NCBI GenBank assembly: GCA_002189035.1
Contig: CM007989.1
Span: 1,116,001 to 1,180,000, forward strand
Length of the DNA: 64,000 bases
Source of the DNA: Utricularia gibba
Lineage: Eukaryota; Plantae; Magnoliophyta
Direction: 5' to 3'
The notes under the pieces were generated by a model. That model was not told the DNA's origin and searched no databases. It saw only the letters and a program-made list of their open reading frames with translations. Made by a program: the position numbers and the translations under genes. Each line of letters begins with the position of its first letter. Positions within the stretch are counted from its first letter, which is position 1. Below are positions 10,503 to 22,351 of the stretch, in pieces.

Positions 10503-13500
10503 TTATAATAATCCATTCGCCCGGTGGTATCCGGAAGGGGAAGATGGAGAAGGGTTGAGCTTCGCCGGATCCTTGAGGAGCTGCTGAGAGACGCGGTCAG
10601 CCAGGATCGACTGCCCATCGTACGCCTCTCCGATTGCGATTCTTCCATGCTGCTTTACCAGAGCATCGTTGTCATGCGGACCGAGTTGCCATGGAGCCTT
10701 TGATCTGTAATGCAACCCTCGCAGAATATCGGGGTCCCAGTAGGAAGGGCTGAGAGGGCGCACCTGCAGGTTGATGATGCCGCCTTCGGGAGATAATGAC
10801 AGCTGTTGATTACGGAAGGGGATTGCTCCGATGCCGCCGGTGAGGGGAGTCGATGAGCCAGATGTGGCTTGGGGACTAGATATAGGGGAAGGAGACATTC
10901 TACCGCTCAGATGCTGAGGAGACCTTGAATGCAGAAGAGGACTTCCCACAGGGGAGACTGGGCATGATATGTTCCTCGACATGAGGGAGGAGTCGCTGAA
11001 ATTCGAGAGTAGGAACCAGAGTCAGCTAGCTACACAAGGTCAATGAGAAGCAACTATTCATAGGCATGGGATGAGGCACACCTCAACTGGAAGCTTGATT
11101 TTGGAACTCTTGATGAATGGATTGCAAGTCTTTCAGATTCGGCCTGGACTCTACTGCTTCCAATGCCCTGCATCCATGGATTATGTTAAATATACAAGAA
11201 CACTAGCAGCAATGAAGGGTTTCGCAGAGAGTATGCATACCATGGATTTCACAACATTTATTAGTGCGGGACGATCTGAGGATGTGGAGCTCATCACTTG
11301 TTTCTCGAGAGGAGAAGCAGCCTTGACAAAAGGGTGCTCCAAAAGCTTGGCAGCCGTGGGACGATTCTGGGGGTTTCTCTGCAAGCATAACCTCACAAAA
11401 TCCTTCCCTTCATCAGAGAGGTTATCCGGGATTGCAGGAAGTTCTTTACTGTTACCAATCTTGAACATGGCTGCAACCTTCAAGACAGTAACTAACGGAA
11501 TCAGATTCCGCCAAAAACAAAAATGAAGGAAAAGTGATTCCATGGTGACAAAAGCTACTAACCCCTTCATATTGACTCCAAGGTGGTTTTGCTGTAGCCA
11601 TTTCAAGAACAGTACATCCAAGACTCCATACGTCAACAGCTAAACTGCATCCATTTGAATTCTTAATAACCTGTGAGAGTAAAAGACAAGGTAGAACAGT
11701 TACAAAAGCGTGACGACAGCAAGGGTGTTAGTTCTATGGTGTTCCGACAATATAGAACCAACCTCAGGTGCCATCCAGTATGGACTCCCCTTAAAGGATA
11801 ATGGACATGACTGCCCTGCTATCTGGATGCCAAGAGCATATAATGAAAAAGAAATCTATATGACAATGAGATCAAATTGCTGGAGAAATCACAGGAAAGC
11901 TGCAAGGGGATTGCAAGAATGTACATAAGACAGTTCCAATTCGGTTATATGCAGATAAACAAGTTAAACACAGAGAGAAAAGCAGCAGGCCAATCTTTGA
12001 AGTTTTAGGATGGCTATACATTCAAACATTAAAAATGAAATCATAGTTGCAGCTGCTAGTGAACACACATTCCAAACTTACATGCTTTGCCATCCCAAAA
12101 TCAGCCAACTTAACACGGCCACTCGGGTCCACAAGTATATTGGCTCCTTTAATATCTCTGAAGCACAGGTTATGCCACAGGTACTTGATTAAGATGTGAA
12201 AAAAAAACAAGAAAGCGACTTGCCCCATGATTATAACATAATACAACTAAAAACGCAGCAAAACCTGTGCACTGTATTTTTGGCATGCAAATAGGCAAGC
12301 CCAGACAAGATTTGCTGGGTATAACTACGGATGGCTGATTCCCCAAGCTTTCCGTACTCTTGAAGAATCTTATGAATGGAGCCACCAGACACATATTCTA
12401 AATATATATATAATCGATCACCCACCTGATGAAGTAACTCACGTAAGAATCAGGAAAAACATACCTACTGCTTGAAGAAACATATATCACAACCATAATT
12501 TTCTCTGAAAAAGAACTTAAGATGTATTCCTGATGTTTTGCTGCAATATCCATCTACTCAAATTAGCTATCCCTTTCTAGGTTACTAAGCCCTCAAGCAG
12601 GTTAATCAGATGCAAATTTGTAAACTGCAAACAGAAGAATAGGACAACATCACCTACCATTTCAGATCCAATGTACTGGACGATATTGGGATGTCTTAGT
12701 CGACTGAGAAGTGCAATCTCCTACATTAAACGCAAATGATTTCATAAGAACTTTTGGAAAGTGTTGACCACGGTTTTTGATTGGAAATGACATTATCAGA
12801 ATAATAATCTTATTCATTTTCCATGATTTGTGCTCCAGAGAATGCAAAATGGCAAATAGGACTTACTTGCCCTAATTGCTTCGCACTCTCCCTTGACTTT
12901 GCATCATCAGCAAATAAAGTAACCTCCTTCATGGCACACATTTCACCAGTTTCACTACAAAAAAATCCACAAATCCACAAATCAGGAAAATACTTGACAA
13001 ATAGTACTAAAAAATAACACCCTCAGATGACCATGTTTCCTTACCTGTTGAAACCAACGTAGACATGCCCAAATGTTCCTCTACCAAGCAACTTCCCCTT
13101 TTTCCAGCGTGATCCCGGGCTTGTCAGATTTTCAGGTCTTCCAGGGCTACGTGGTACTGAGGGTGAGGTCACAGCTGAATTTTGATGAGAGAAGGGTGAG
13201 ATATTAGATACTGCTATAGGGGGAGGGGCAAACGGTGACTCTGCTGCCTGACATCATCAGGCCAGTTACTTGGTGAATCAGAATGCCCTCCAGATCGAGG
13301 GTGAACAGGTGTTACAGCACCACTATGTATTCTAGAACTAGGGCCAGGGCTAGTCATTCTAGGACTAGGGTTTGGAGAATATTCAGGGCTTCCTCTGCTG
13401 GGCTGCCAAAACAATTGTCCACCATACATGTCACCTCCCATTGAATTGTGGCCAGAAGTCTGACCTGACCCAGGACTGGAGCATTGACCAGAACCAAGAA

Positions 13501-14301
13501 AAGGAAAATCTGTATGATGCTTCCCAGAACATACATTACTACTTGCAACTTGCTCATTACTGCGGCCTCTAATTGGACTTCTGGAGGGCTAGACATTGAG
13601 CTATCTGGAGCACTAACAAAGGCACCACGATGAGGAACTTGTAAAGTAGGTACTTGCCCATTCAGCATCCTTCTTCTTGATGGTGGTGATGAAACTTTTT
13701 TAACAGCAGAGATTTTTGCTGGAATCCGGGAGTCCCTTGTGATTACTGGTGCAGTACAGGGGTGATCGGTTGATGGGCTGTCAACTGCCATTCTACTGCC
13801 AATATCAGAGTCAGTAGCCAAAGGGCTACGATGTCTTGATTCAGCAGGATCCTCACCCTCAATTGACGATTCACTTGAGAGTGAAGAAACAGCTGGCTCA
13901 GCATCTATGTCTCCAGGTTCCAGTTTTTGACGGATGCATGCAGGTCTCGGAAGAGGCAGAAATAATGATGTTTTAGAGGACTTGTCTATCTTTGGTTTAG
14001 TAGGCTCACTTATACCAGAGTTTTGGCGCTGCCCCTGCTGGGGAGTTGGCGTCCCTTGGGGTCTTTCAGCAAAACTTTGGCATCGTGAAACATGTTTTGA
14101 AGGTGATGGAGATCTAGACTGCGCTCGTGAGTGGGACCCTCTTTCTGAAACAGTGTCACTCGAACGCCTCCTAGAACCTCCTGATCTAGTCTGAGATTTA
14201 CTTTCAGGACTCCTAAACTTCTTGTGTAATGTATCAATAAAACTTTCTTTTCCTGCTTTCGTTTTTGCATCTTTTGATGACTTTCCCCACCAAGAAGGCA
14301 T
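10503..14301 (-). CDS. YDA: YODA MAP kinase kinase kinase; two -1 frameshifts in the large first coding exon
   Basis: N-terminus MPSWWGKSSK...KESFIDTLHKKF, SRSPSPSKHVSRCQSFAERP; kinase motifs WKKGKLLGRGTFGHVY, CAMKEV, HRDIKGANILVD, LADFGMAKH, SFKGSPYWMAPE, DVWSLGCTVLEM; C-terminal RNISCPVSPVGSPLLHSRSP. Confidence 0.97.
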
Positions 14302-15530
14302 ATTTTCTGAAATAAAAAGTTCCAAAATATGAATCACGAAGATATCAAAGGCTGTGCACATGAAGCATTCGAAATGGAAAGTGGCTTTCATCCTTTCTTT
14401 TTTTTTTCATTTTATCCTACAGCGAACTGATGTTCACAACCTAAGGACAAGTTAGTTGATTCATATAACCTAAGGAAGATAGTCTCTGTGATGGAAAATG
14501 ATACACGGAGCAGTTTACCCTGCATCTTTCTTTGAAATTCAAATACTTCTCCAAAAAACAATAAAAGAAAGTGAACCTTCGAAAGGTGTATTTTTACGCA
14601 GGATTTTTTTTATCTCATCACTGTTTGTTTTCCTCACCTAACCACTCACGACTTGCACAAAAATGAAAAAATATAGCCATCAACGCATCACCTCTGTTCG
14701 AATCCCCATATGGCATATACCCTTTGACGTATTTCACAACATTATGCTCATCGCTACCCCAGTGAGCTTTGACTTTCAAATCACTCCACAAGCTCAACTC
14801 TTTGTACCCTTCAACAGAATCAGCCACCAACCCAATCTCCCCAAAAAATTTTTAGGGCCGACAGCCGTTTTATCCAGTACCCACATTTCCCACCACCAAA
14901 AATCACAGATAACATCTCGCGTACAGACCCCAGCAAACTTGAACAAGAAAAATCAACTTCCCATACCGTAAAAAAACATAGTTTCACCAAAAGCTTACCT
15001 CCGAACTCCTCAACTTGTCACATCGCAGGGACAAAGCAACGCGAGCAAGAAGAGAGAGCACAGGAGCTCTAATTCGCCAAAAAAAGACCCGAAATAGTTC
15101 TGTAATGAGCCTCCGGAATCCAATTTAACGAATCGCATGCGCGAATTCAAGTTTCTGAGATCGCGTTGAGAGAGCGCGAGACGAAGAGACAAGAGAGAGA
15201 AAGAGCGATAGAGAGAGAAATAGAAGAGTTGCTCCAGTCAAGAATTTGGTAGCAGCAGCAATTATTGTAATTATGATCGCTATTTACTCTGTTTATTTTT
15301 TATATTTGAAAAAAGAAGAAATTATTTACTTCAATTTCGTGGAAATTAGTTCGATTTACTTTTAGAGTGGACCAATGAAATAGGTCCACGCTCTCTTTTC
15401 CATTAATTCTAAAATCACACATCCCCCCTTCAAATATATAAAATTACAACAACTCACATCATTTTTTTATTTCAGCCCCATGAAAAAAAATTATAATAAA
15501 TTTAATACATATATTATAACGGTAACTAGC

Positions 15531-15558
15531 AAAAAAAAAAATATATATATATATATAT
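15531..15558. repeat. A10 followed by an (AT)9 microsatellite
   Basis: Read directly from the sequence. Confidence 0.9.
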
Positions 15559-15938
15559 GACAAAATTTTTAAAACAGAATTATAAATTAAGTGATAGGAA
15601 TTTATACTACACTCCATATCAAACCATTATTAATTATTTTTTTAATTAGTCCATTTGGGATGAATTCCTGTTTTTAAATAAAAAAATGTTTAGTTAAAAC
15701 CAAGGTTTCCGTTATTACCAATGAGGTAATTGAATTTTACTATTTGCATTTCAACCAAATCTCTGCGTCGGGGGCCTGGATCCAGCCTACGATGGAGTTG
15801 TTGAAGCCTCAAGGTAGGAGATGTGAGTATATGTATACTTTACTCTGAAGAAAAGTTGAACAAAAGAAACGCTGGTACTGCAAGGCTGTGAGGACTGAGT
15901 AGCGGCGGATCAAAAGAGAAGGTGTGAGTCGTTTATTG

Positions 15939-17260
15939 ATGATGGGTTCGATGGTATCCTTGATTCCGCTTCCCAGCGTCAATCTTTATCTTCAAGTACT
16001 CTTGGTGATCACGCTCAGCCTCCTACTTTCCTTCCTCAGAATCCCTGCTCTAGTCCTCACTGGCCTCCACACGTACGTGCATCCCGACGATGTCAATCCC
16101 AATGGAAATGGAGCTCTTCGGGCTGCGATTCGAAGACCCAGTGCCATGGATTCCGAACAGCCAACACCCAGAAAAAAATTGAAGGAAAGATTTGAGTTTG
16201 ACGAAAGTAAAGCCCAGGTTTTTAGACTGACACTCGGCGAGGGTCTCTTGCAATCGAGAGTTTATTTCAGAGAATTTCATAGTGCTTTCAATTTTACTAT
16301 AATTGCGGCTTCATCGATCTTGCTTCAGAAGTTTTTGAGCGTGGAGGGGGATGATGGGGTTGTTAAGGATGGAACTGTGGTTCCCTGATACTGGGACTTG
16401 CTAGTGTTTGTAGATTTGTGTTCTTGATTGTTAAAGTTGGGTTTGAGAAATCGGCTTCGAAGAAGATTGACAAGGATTTGAGCACTATTTGTGGCGTTTT
16501 GGGTTTCTTTTTAAGTATTGGTGTTGTCTTTGAGATGGTTCCAAAAAGGGTTATTGATTTTGGTCTCGAACCTCTAGATGCTCTAGGAAGGTTGCTCCTT
16601 GCTGCTTTCATGGGTTGCATTGTGGGTTTTCTTTACATTCCAGCAATGAGAAATGCAAGATGTTTCTGGCTTGGAACCGATCAGCTTCGTTGTAAATTGT
16701 CGATAATTTCATGTGGATGGTTGCCAAGAATACTAATCTATGCTTCTTATGTCATGGCTGTCTTCATTGCATTGCTTTGGATCACCCCATTTTCCAGCAT
16801 CTTCTTAACCGAAAACATTCATGGGAAAAGTGTATCCCTTGTTGGAAGATGCACTGGCATTTCTAGTTCAAGCTTTACCAGCTTTAGGAACATATGCATT
16901 GCAGTCTATGGAGTTCTTCAACTTGTGCTTATCAGATCAAATGTTCAAGTTTTCCTAAACGAATCAGTGTTATGCTGGTATCAACGACTGCACGCGAGCA
17001 AGGTGCCTGATCTGGAGTACAGCAGGGCAAAAGTCTTCCTTCACAATCACTACGTATGCTTGGTTGCTATACAGTTTCTGGGGCAAGCTGCACCGGTGTC
17101 ACTCCTCCTTGGTCTGTCACAGCTAGATTATGCAGGTTCTTACTCTGGATTGTTTAAGGAAGTTGGGGTGTTCATAGCATGGTGGATTGTCTTCGTGTGG
17201 GCTGCGATGAATTCGGCGATTCTTGTGTTGTTTCGTCGTGGAAGTTTATACATTTCTTGA
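15939..17260 (+). CDS. Transmembrane protein 161-like; single exon, -1 frameshift at 16383-16385
   Basis: ORFs 15924-16388 and 16418-17260 join into one multi-pass membrane protein (GLHTYVHPD, FEFDESKAQVFRL, ARCFWLGTDQLR, WYQRLHASKVPDLEYSRAKVFLHNHY). Confidence 0.85.
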
Positions 17261-17462
17261 TGAAAACCTTCTGGTACAATGCACTGGTAATTTTGTATTG
17301 GCATCCTGTGTCTTTGAATCACGGGAAACCAAAATGCTTTTTTTTTTTCATTCATTCTTGTAGTTGATGCATTACTCATGCAAGTGGCGTGATGCACCAA
17401 GACAGACGAGTGAGAAGAGAGCTATTTAGAGTGTTGAGATCACTGGGGAAGTGTCTCTTACA

Positions 17463-17816
17463 ATGTGGAATCTCTGACCACTTGCAACAGCTATTGTGAT
17501 CACCATGGTTGCATTCTCCGGCAGCCACAACTCCCTTCCGGTATCGATTTGCGAAACCGTGACAGCTCTATACTCCGCCTGTTCGACTTTTGTTATCCAC
17601 AGCTCGCCGGATCCATTCCTTGGCTCTCCCTGCTGCACGGCGATAATGAGCCTGAGCCGGCTAGAAGTCACCGGTGAGGATCGCCGAGCCGTGTGCGGCT
17701 GCGTGATGGATATGATCGCCAGATACGCCGTGAACGCCACCGCAATAGCTACTTTGCCTGGGTTCTGTGGAGTCCGTCTTGGGTTCACCATCGACCCCAA
17801 CACGAATTGCGAATAG
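17463..17816 (+). CDS. Non-specific lipid-transfer protein (LTP14-like); in-frame TGA at codon 5, possible pseudogene
   Basis: Complete 8-Cys motif C-x9-C-x16-CC-x19-CxC-x21-C-x13-C, ending GFTIDPNTNC. The signal peptide starting at ATG 17463 is interrupted by TGA at 17475-17477. Confidence 0.85.
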
Positions 17817-18570
17817 TCATCCATCTAATCAGCATCTGCTCCTTCAATCTGCTTCACGGTGTTGTGTTGCTGATGCTTGTGCTTCGTTTCTCTGCAGCGT
17901 GGACGAGGCAACTGGAGATGGGGACTCCACACCCAAGATTTCGCTCTGAGACAACACGAACGTTGGACTTGGACTCTTTGTTTCTCGTCCCAATTATGCC
18001 ACAGAACATTGCAAATAAATGAGACAATGGACTCAATCCAAATATCGTGTTTCACATTGCTCAATATGAATAAAAAAGCATATTATTTCCCAATTCATTT
18101 CAATTTTTATTTTTATTTATTTATTTGTGTATAAGACAATGCTCAATTAAATTATATTACAATAAATTAATTATAAATTAATATCTTAGAAATGAAATTT
18201 AACAGTTACCAGTTCCGACGTAGGCTTCTTTTAATTTGTCGTGGAAATTTAATACGGCGCCGTATTGCTGCATTGGTCAAGAATTCCCTTCCCTTCTGTA
18301 GGCAAGGTAGCATTTCGCCCTTATAGATAGATTCAATTGAAGTACTGATTATGGAACTCTTTTGCGTGGCGTTGATGGGCTAGGGTTCTTTTGTGTGAGA
18401 ATTTGCGCGAAACGATGGAGAAGTGGAGAAGGAGGCGGCTATTTTTTAGTTTGAGTTGGGATTTCTGATTGGGCGGTTGACTTTGTTTGTTCTTTTACTT
18501 GGGATTCATATGGAATTGTTTGTTTCAGGAAGTTGATGTAGATAAGCGTCAATTTGTTGAGGCGCTGGAG

Positions 18571-19035
18571 ATGGCAAAGTTAGCTACTTTGGCCTATGGT
18601 AGCCTTATAGGATACAGAACAATAACATCAAGCCTCAGTTATGCAAGTTCAAGAACTACTACTTCACGATTCCCATTGCAGTTCTACCGTATCCGGGCCG
18701 TGCAGGACAACGGGTCACCGAGAAGGTTAGTTGACCTTGTTCGGATCATACCAGAGGCATCAAGAGACTACTTTAAGAAGCCGTCAAGAAGGGCACTTTT
18801 TGGTGGGATATCACTCTTAGGCGGCTTCTATGTTGCACAGACAATATCTCTCTCATTTGGAGCCTTAGGAGTGAACGATGTCATTGCTGCTGTTTTGTGT
18901 GTTCTGATAACGGAGTATGTGACCAGATTCTATTACAGCAGACGTAAGGTTACATTCCCTCTTGCCCTTCTCAACAACTTCAAGATGGGATTCACTTATG
19001 GCCTCTTCATTGATGCTTTCAAACTTGCAAGCTGA
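18571..19035 (+). CDS. Ycf20-like chloroplast protein (NPQ6-like)
   Basis: Ser/Thr-rich transit-like N-terminus, then SRRALFGGISLLGGFYVAQTISLSFGALGVNDVIAA...LLNNFKMGFTYGLFIDAFKLAS. A probable 5'UTR intron ends near 18528. Confidence 0.92.
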   Translation: MAKLATLAYGSLIGYRTITSSLSYASSRTTTSRFPLQFYRIRAVQDNGSPRRLVDLVRIIPEASRDYFKKPSRRALFGGISLLGGFYVAQTISLSFGALGVNDVIAAVLCVLITEYVTRFYYSRRKVTFPLALLNNFKMGFTYGLFIDAFKLAS

Positions 19036-19424
19036 ACCCTCTTTCACTTATTCTTATGAATGTAGCTATTGCTATACTTTTTTTGTTTGATATAACCTTA
19101 TATGAGTTCAGGGAGCTAGACTTCTCGTGAATCTGTTTTGAGCAGTGTAAATATGTTGTATGGCCAAATGTATACATTTGGCTGTGAAACCTGATTGAGT
19201 TGAGAGGTTTTGCCATAAAACATTGGCTTGATACATGAATCAAAAAGATCATGGGATTTGAAAGGGGAAGCATGATTTGATTCCAAATATCCATACAAGT
19301 CTGGAGCGACTTAGCATACATATTTCCATCATCTTTTACATGGAACCCCACATCACAAGTGAAGTTCAGTGCACTTTATTCCATCATCATCAACACCGTT
19401 GCTGGTTTTGGAAATGCCTTCACT

Positions 19425-21013
19425 CTAAAGATTAAACATGACCTTGATAGCATTACCACCGCGAGCACTAGTTTCAAATGCTTCTTCAACTTCCTTTTGA
19501 GAGAACCCAAACCTGTGGGTGATCAGTGGCTTTACATCAATTTTTCCGCTCCTCAGGAACTCTATGCATAGGGGCCATGTGTTCTTGTAACGGAATACAC
19601 CAACAACATCCACTTCCCTGAAATTTTGTGTTAATTATTAGCATGAAAAAATTGAAGCCAATAATCCAAAATGTGAAAACTAATCAATTATCTCATTTGA
19701 AGTTAATGCTATGAGACTGAGAATATAGTGTTCGAAATCACATCACCTAACGGCTGCTGGTGCAAGAGGAATCGTCATCTCGCTGTGGCCTAATCCGACA
19801 AGGCAAACCGTCCCACCAGAGGTAGTGACACTCAGGGCAGTTGACATAGTCTTACTGAAGCCAGCACAGTCAAAGCTTATGTGGATTGAACCTCCCATAG
19901 CTTTCTTGATTTGCTCGATTTCTGTTGATAAATCCTGTTGATAACTTAGGTCAGGATAGAGATTCATTATAAGGTACGAGGAATGAAATGCTTACAGATC
20001 ATCACTAACATTAATGCTGGCTGAAACTTTGAGAGTTGCATCTGCACCGAGATCCTTTGCAACAGATAAACGATGCTCATCCACATCAATAATGATGACC
20101 CTGGGAGCTCCAAATGCACGAGCCGCAAGCAATGTTACGAGTCCTATAGGTCCAGCACCAAGTACCAAAACATTCGACTCTGGACCAACATTGGCACGAC
20201 GACAAGCATGGACACCAACGCTCAAGGGTTCACACATTGCACCCTCCTCTAAGCTCACATTGTCAGGGAGTTTGAAGCATAACTCTGCAGGATGCACAAT
20301 CTGTGAAGTACATAACGCAAGAGCCAGTTATTAGTTAAGCACAAAGCCTCTCAAGAAAGTAAGTTTGTGATGAAAACCTGATCTGCAAGGGAACCATGAA
20401 ATGGAGGAGTTGCGAAAAACTTCATTTCAGGGCAAAGATTGTAGCGGCCTTCTTTGCAAACACCACATTTCGAGCAACTGATACCTGGCTCAATCGCAAC
20501 ACGATCACCAGGTTTCAGATGCTTAACTGCATCCCCAACTTCTTCGACAATACCAGCACATTCATGTCCAATTACCATTGGCTCTTTCACCACAAAATCA
20601 GCTAACTTCATCTCCTACAATAAACGCAAACGGGCTTTAAATATCTACACAGTAACCACAACAGAAAAACTCACCCGTTATTGGTGCCAATGAGTTAATA
20701 TCATTAAAGACTATCCAAATCGCAAAAAGCCGAACACAACACCCAGAAGGAGATATAACCTTGAGATAGTGAACATCACTGCCGCATATGCCCACAGCCT
20801 TCATTCGGATCCTAGCATCATCCGGTCCTGAAAAACGGAAAACAAAAAGAATCATTAGCGAAAACTAAGAGCAAATATCATCAAAAAAAACCAATAAATT
20901 ACCCAGAGGCGGAAGCTTAAAAGGTAGAATTTTTAGATTGTTGACCCCAAGAAGCCATGCAGCCATGTTTTCTCCCTCCCCGCACCCTCATGAGACATCC
21001 CACCTTTGCCCAT
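19425..21013 (-). CDS. SDH: Sorbitol dehydrogenase (Zn-dependent MDR); 6 exons; -1 frameshift near the N-terminus
   Basis: MGKGGMS..ENMAAWLLG, KAVGICGSDVHY, GHECAG, structural-Zn CSKCGVCKEGRYNLC, GAGPIG, EVDVVGVFRYKNTWPLC...IKVMFNL. Confidence 0.97.
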
Positions 21014-21674
21014 TTCCCTCGACTGAGTGAGAAATCAACTGAAAAAAAAAAAAAAAGAAACCGAGAAGGCGATGAACCGCCAGTGGCTTTAAAGATAAAC
21101 TTGTGAGCCAAATAGTCTCCATCGCAAATCAGCTTCGTAGTTATCGAATATTATTTTTCTTTTACGAAATAAAAAATTGTGGCCATTGTCCAAACGTCTT
21201 TTTCATGAAATAATGACGTAATAGTGACGTAGTATATTAATTTTGTTTGCTAATCCGATTTAAAATAAATATTATTTATTTTAGACTTGTGGGCGGGCTT
21301 TGGACTGGATTGTCGATAATGGAGCTGTCCTGAGCAAGGGGAAGGGCCTAGGCCCACATACTACATTGGACCACAGTTATGGGTCGAAAACATGGCTCGA
21401 TTTATCAGGCCCACAAATTAATCTGATGATAAAATAAAAATAAAAATGACAAAAAATGATTTAAGATTGAATTATTCATCATAAAAATTAAAAAAATGTG
21501 TACTTTCACTTTCAATTTAATGTTTTTATTATTTAAAACAATATAAGACATGCACACCCAAAGCCTTTTCGTGGAATGGGTTGCGGTATGCCATAAAAGC
21601 CATCATTTACAATGTTCCTCCTAGATTGACGATGTTACCAACCAATCTGTTCTGGTTTGAAACCGAATTATTTT

Positions 21675-21746
21675 TTCGAATCGTCAATTCATAATTCAGA
21701 GTTTGTTGTTTTCGAACCGTCAATTCATAATCTATAGTTTGTTGTT
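21675..21746. repeat. Imperfect tandem duplication, 36-bp unit x2
   Basis: ttcgaa(t/c)cgtcaattcataat...agtttgttgtt occurs at 21675 and 21711. Confidence 0.85.
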
Positions 21747-22262
21747 GATTTCGATTTCGATTCATATCGATTACAACTCTAATTAGTCGTTGCTCACTGG
21801 GTGTGGGCATGGGGTTCCTTATTTCAGAAGTGGATGGATAGATGATAGATGATGAGACTGATCGGTGCATAAGAATCCAAAGGCGGCGGCAAGGAGGATC
21901 AGCAGAGATCGCGTCTGTTCCCCGTTATTCTCCTGTAAGGATCAAAGCGTAGCGTAGCGCTGCTCCAACTAGAATACTGTAATGGGCGACAAAAGGGGTG
22001 TGCTTTCTTTATAGTAAACTAAGGTATCATCACACTGTTGTCCCGGCTCCAGCTTTCTTTTCTCTTCTCCTCCCTCCTTTCCATAATAGTCTTTTGTCAC
22101 TGTGTCTGGCTGGCTCATGTGATCCTGCTCTGCCACTGCCCCATCCCCAACTCGAATTTTTGTCACTGCGTCGGGTTTTTACTTTTTCCTTCGCTGTGTT
22201 GCATGCACCGGCGACACTTGCACGCACCACCACTGAGATTCTACCCCATTAAAAAAATATCG

Positions 22263-22351
22263 TACGTGGTTTTGGTGGGTGGGTGGGTGCCTGGGTTGGT
22301 TGGTAGATTTATTGAGGGGATCCGATCCGATCCGATCCAATCATCACGTGG
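22263..22351 (+). promoter_or_regulatory. Motif cluster: ACGTGG, G-quadruplex-forming (GGGT)3..GGG, (TCCGA)n, G-box CACGTGG
   Basis: tacgtgg at 22263; GGG-T-GGG-T-GGG-TGCCT-GGG at 22277-22295; tccga repeats at 22321-22339; cacgtgg at 22345-22351. Function is inferred only. Confidence 0.4.

Noticed and set aside
14302-14391. 30-aa in-frame N-terminal extension of YODA in the ORF track
   Set aside because: A strong TTTTTATTTCAG acceptor sits just upstream of the MPSWWGK ATG, so this stretch is most likely the end of a 5'UTR intron.
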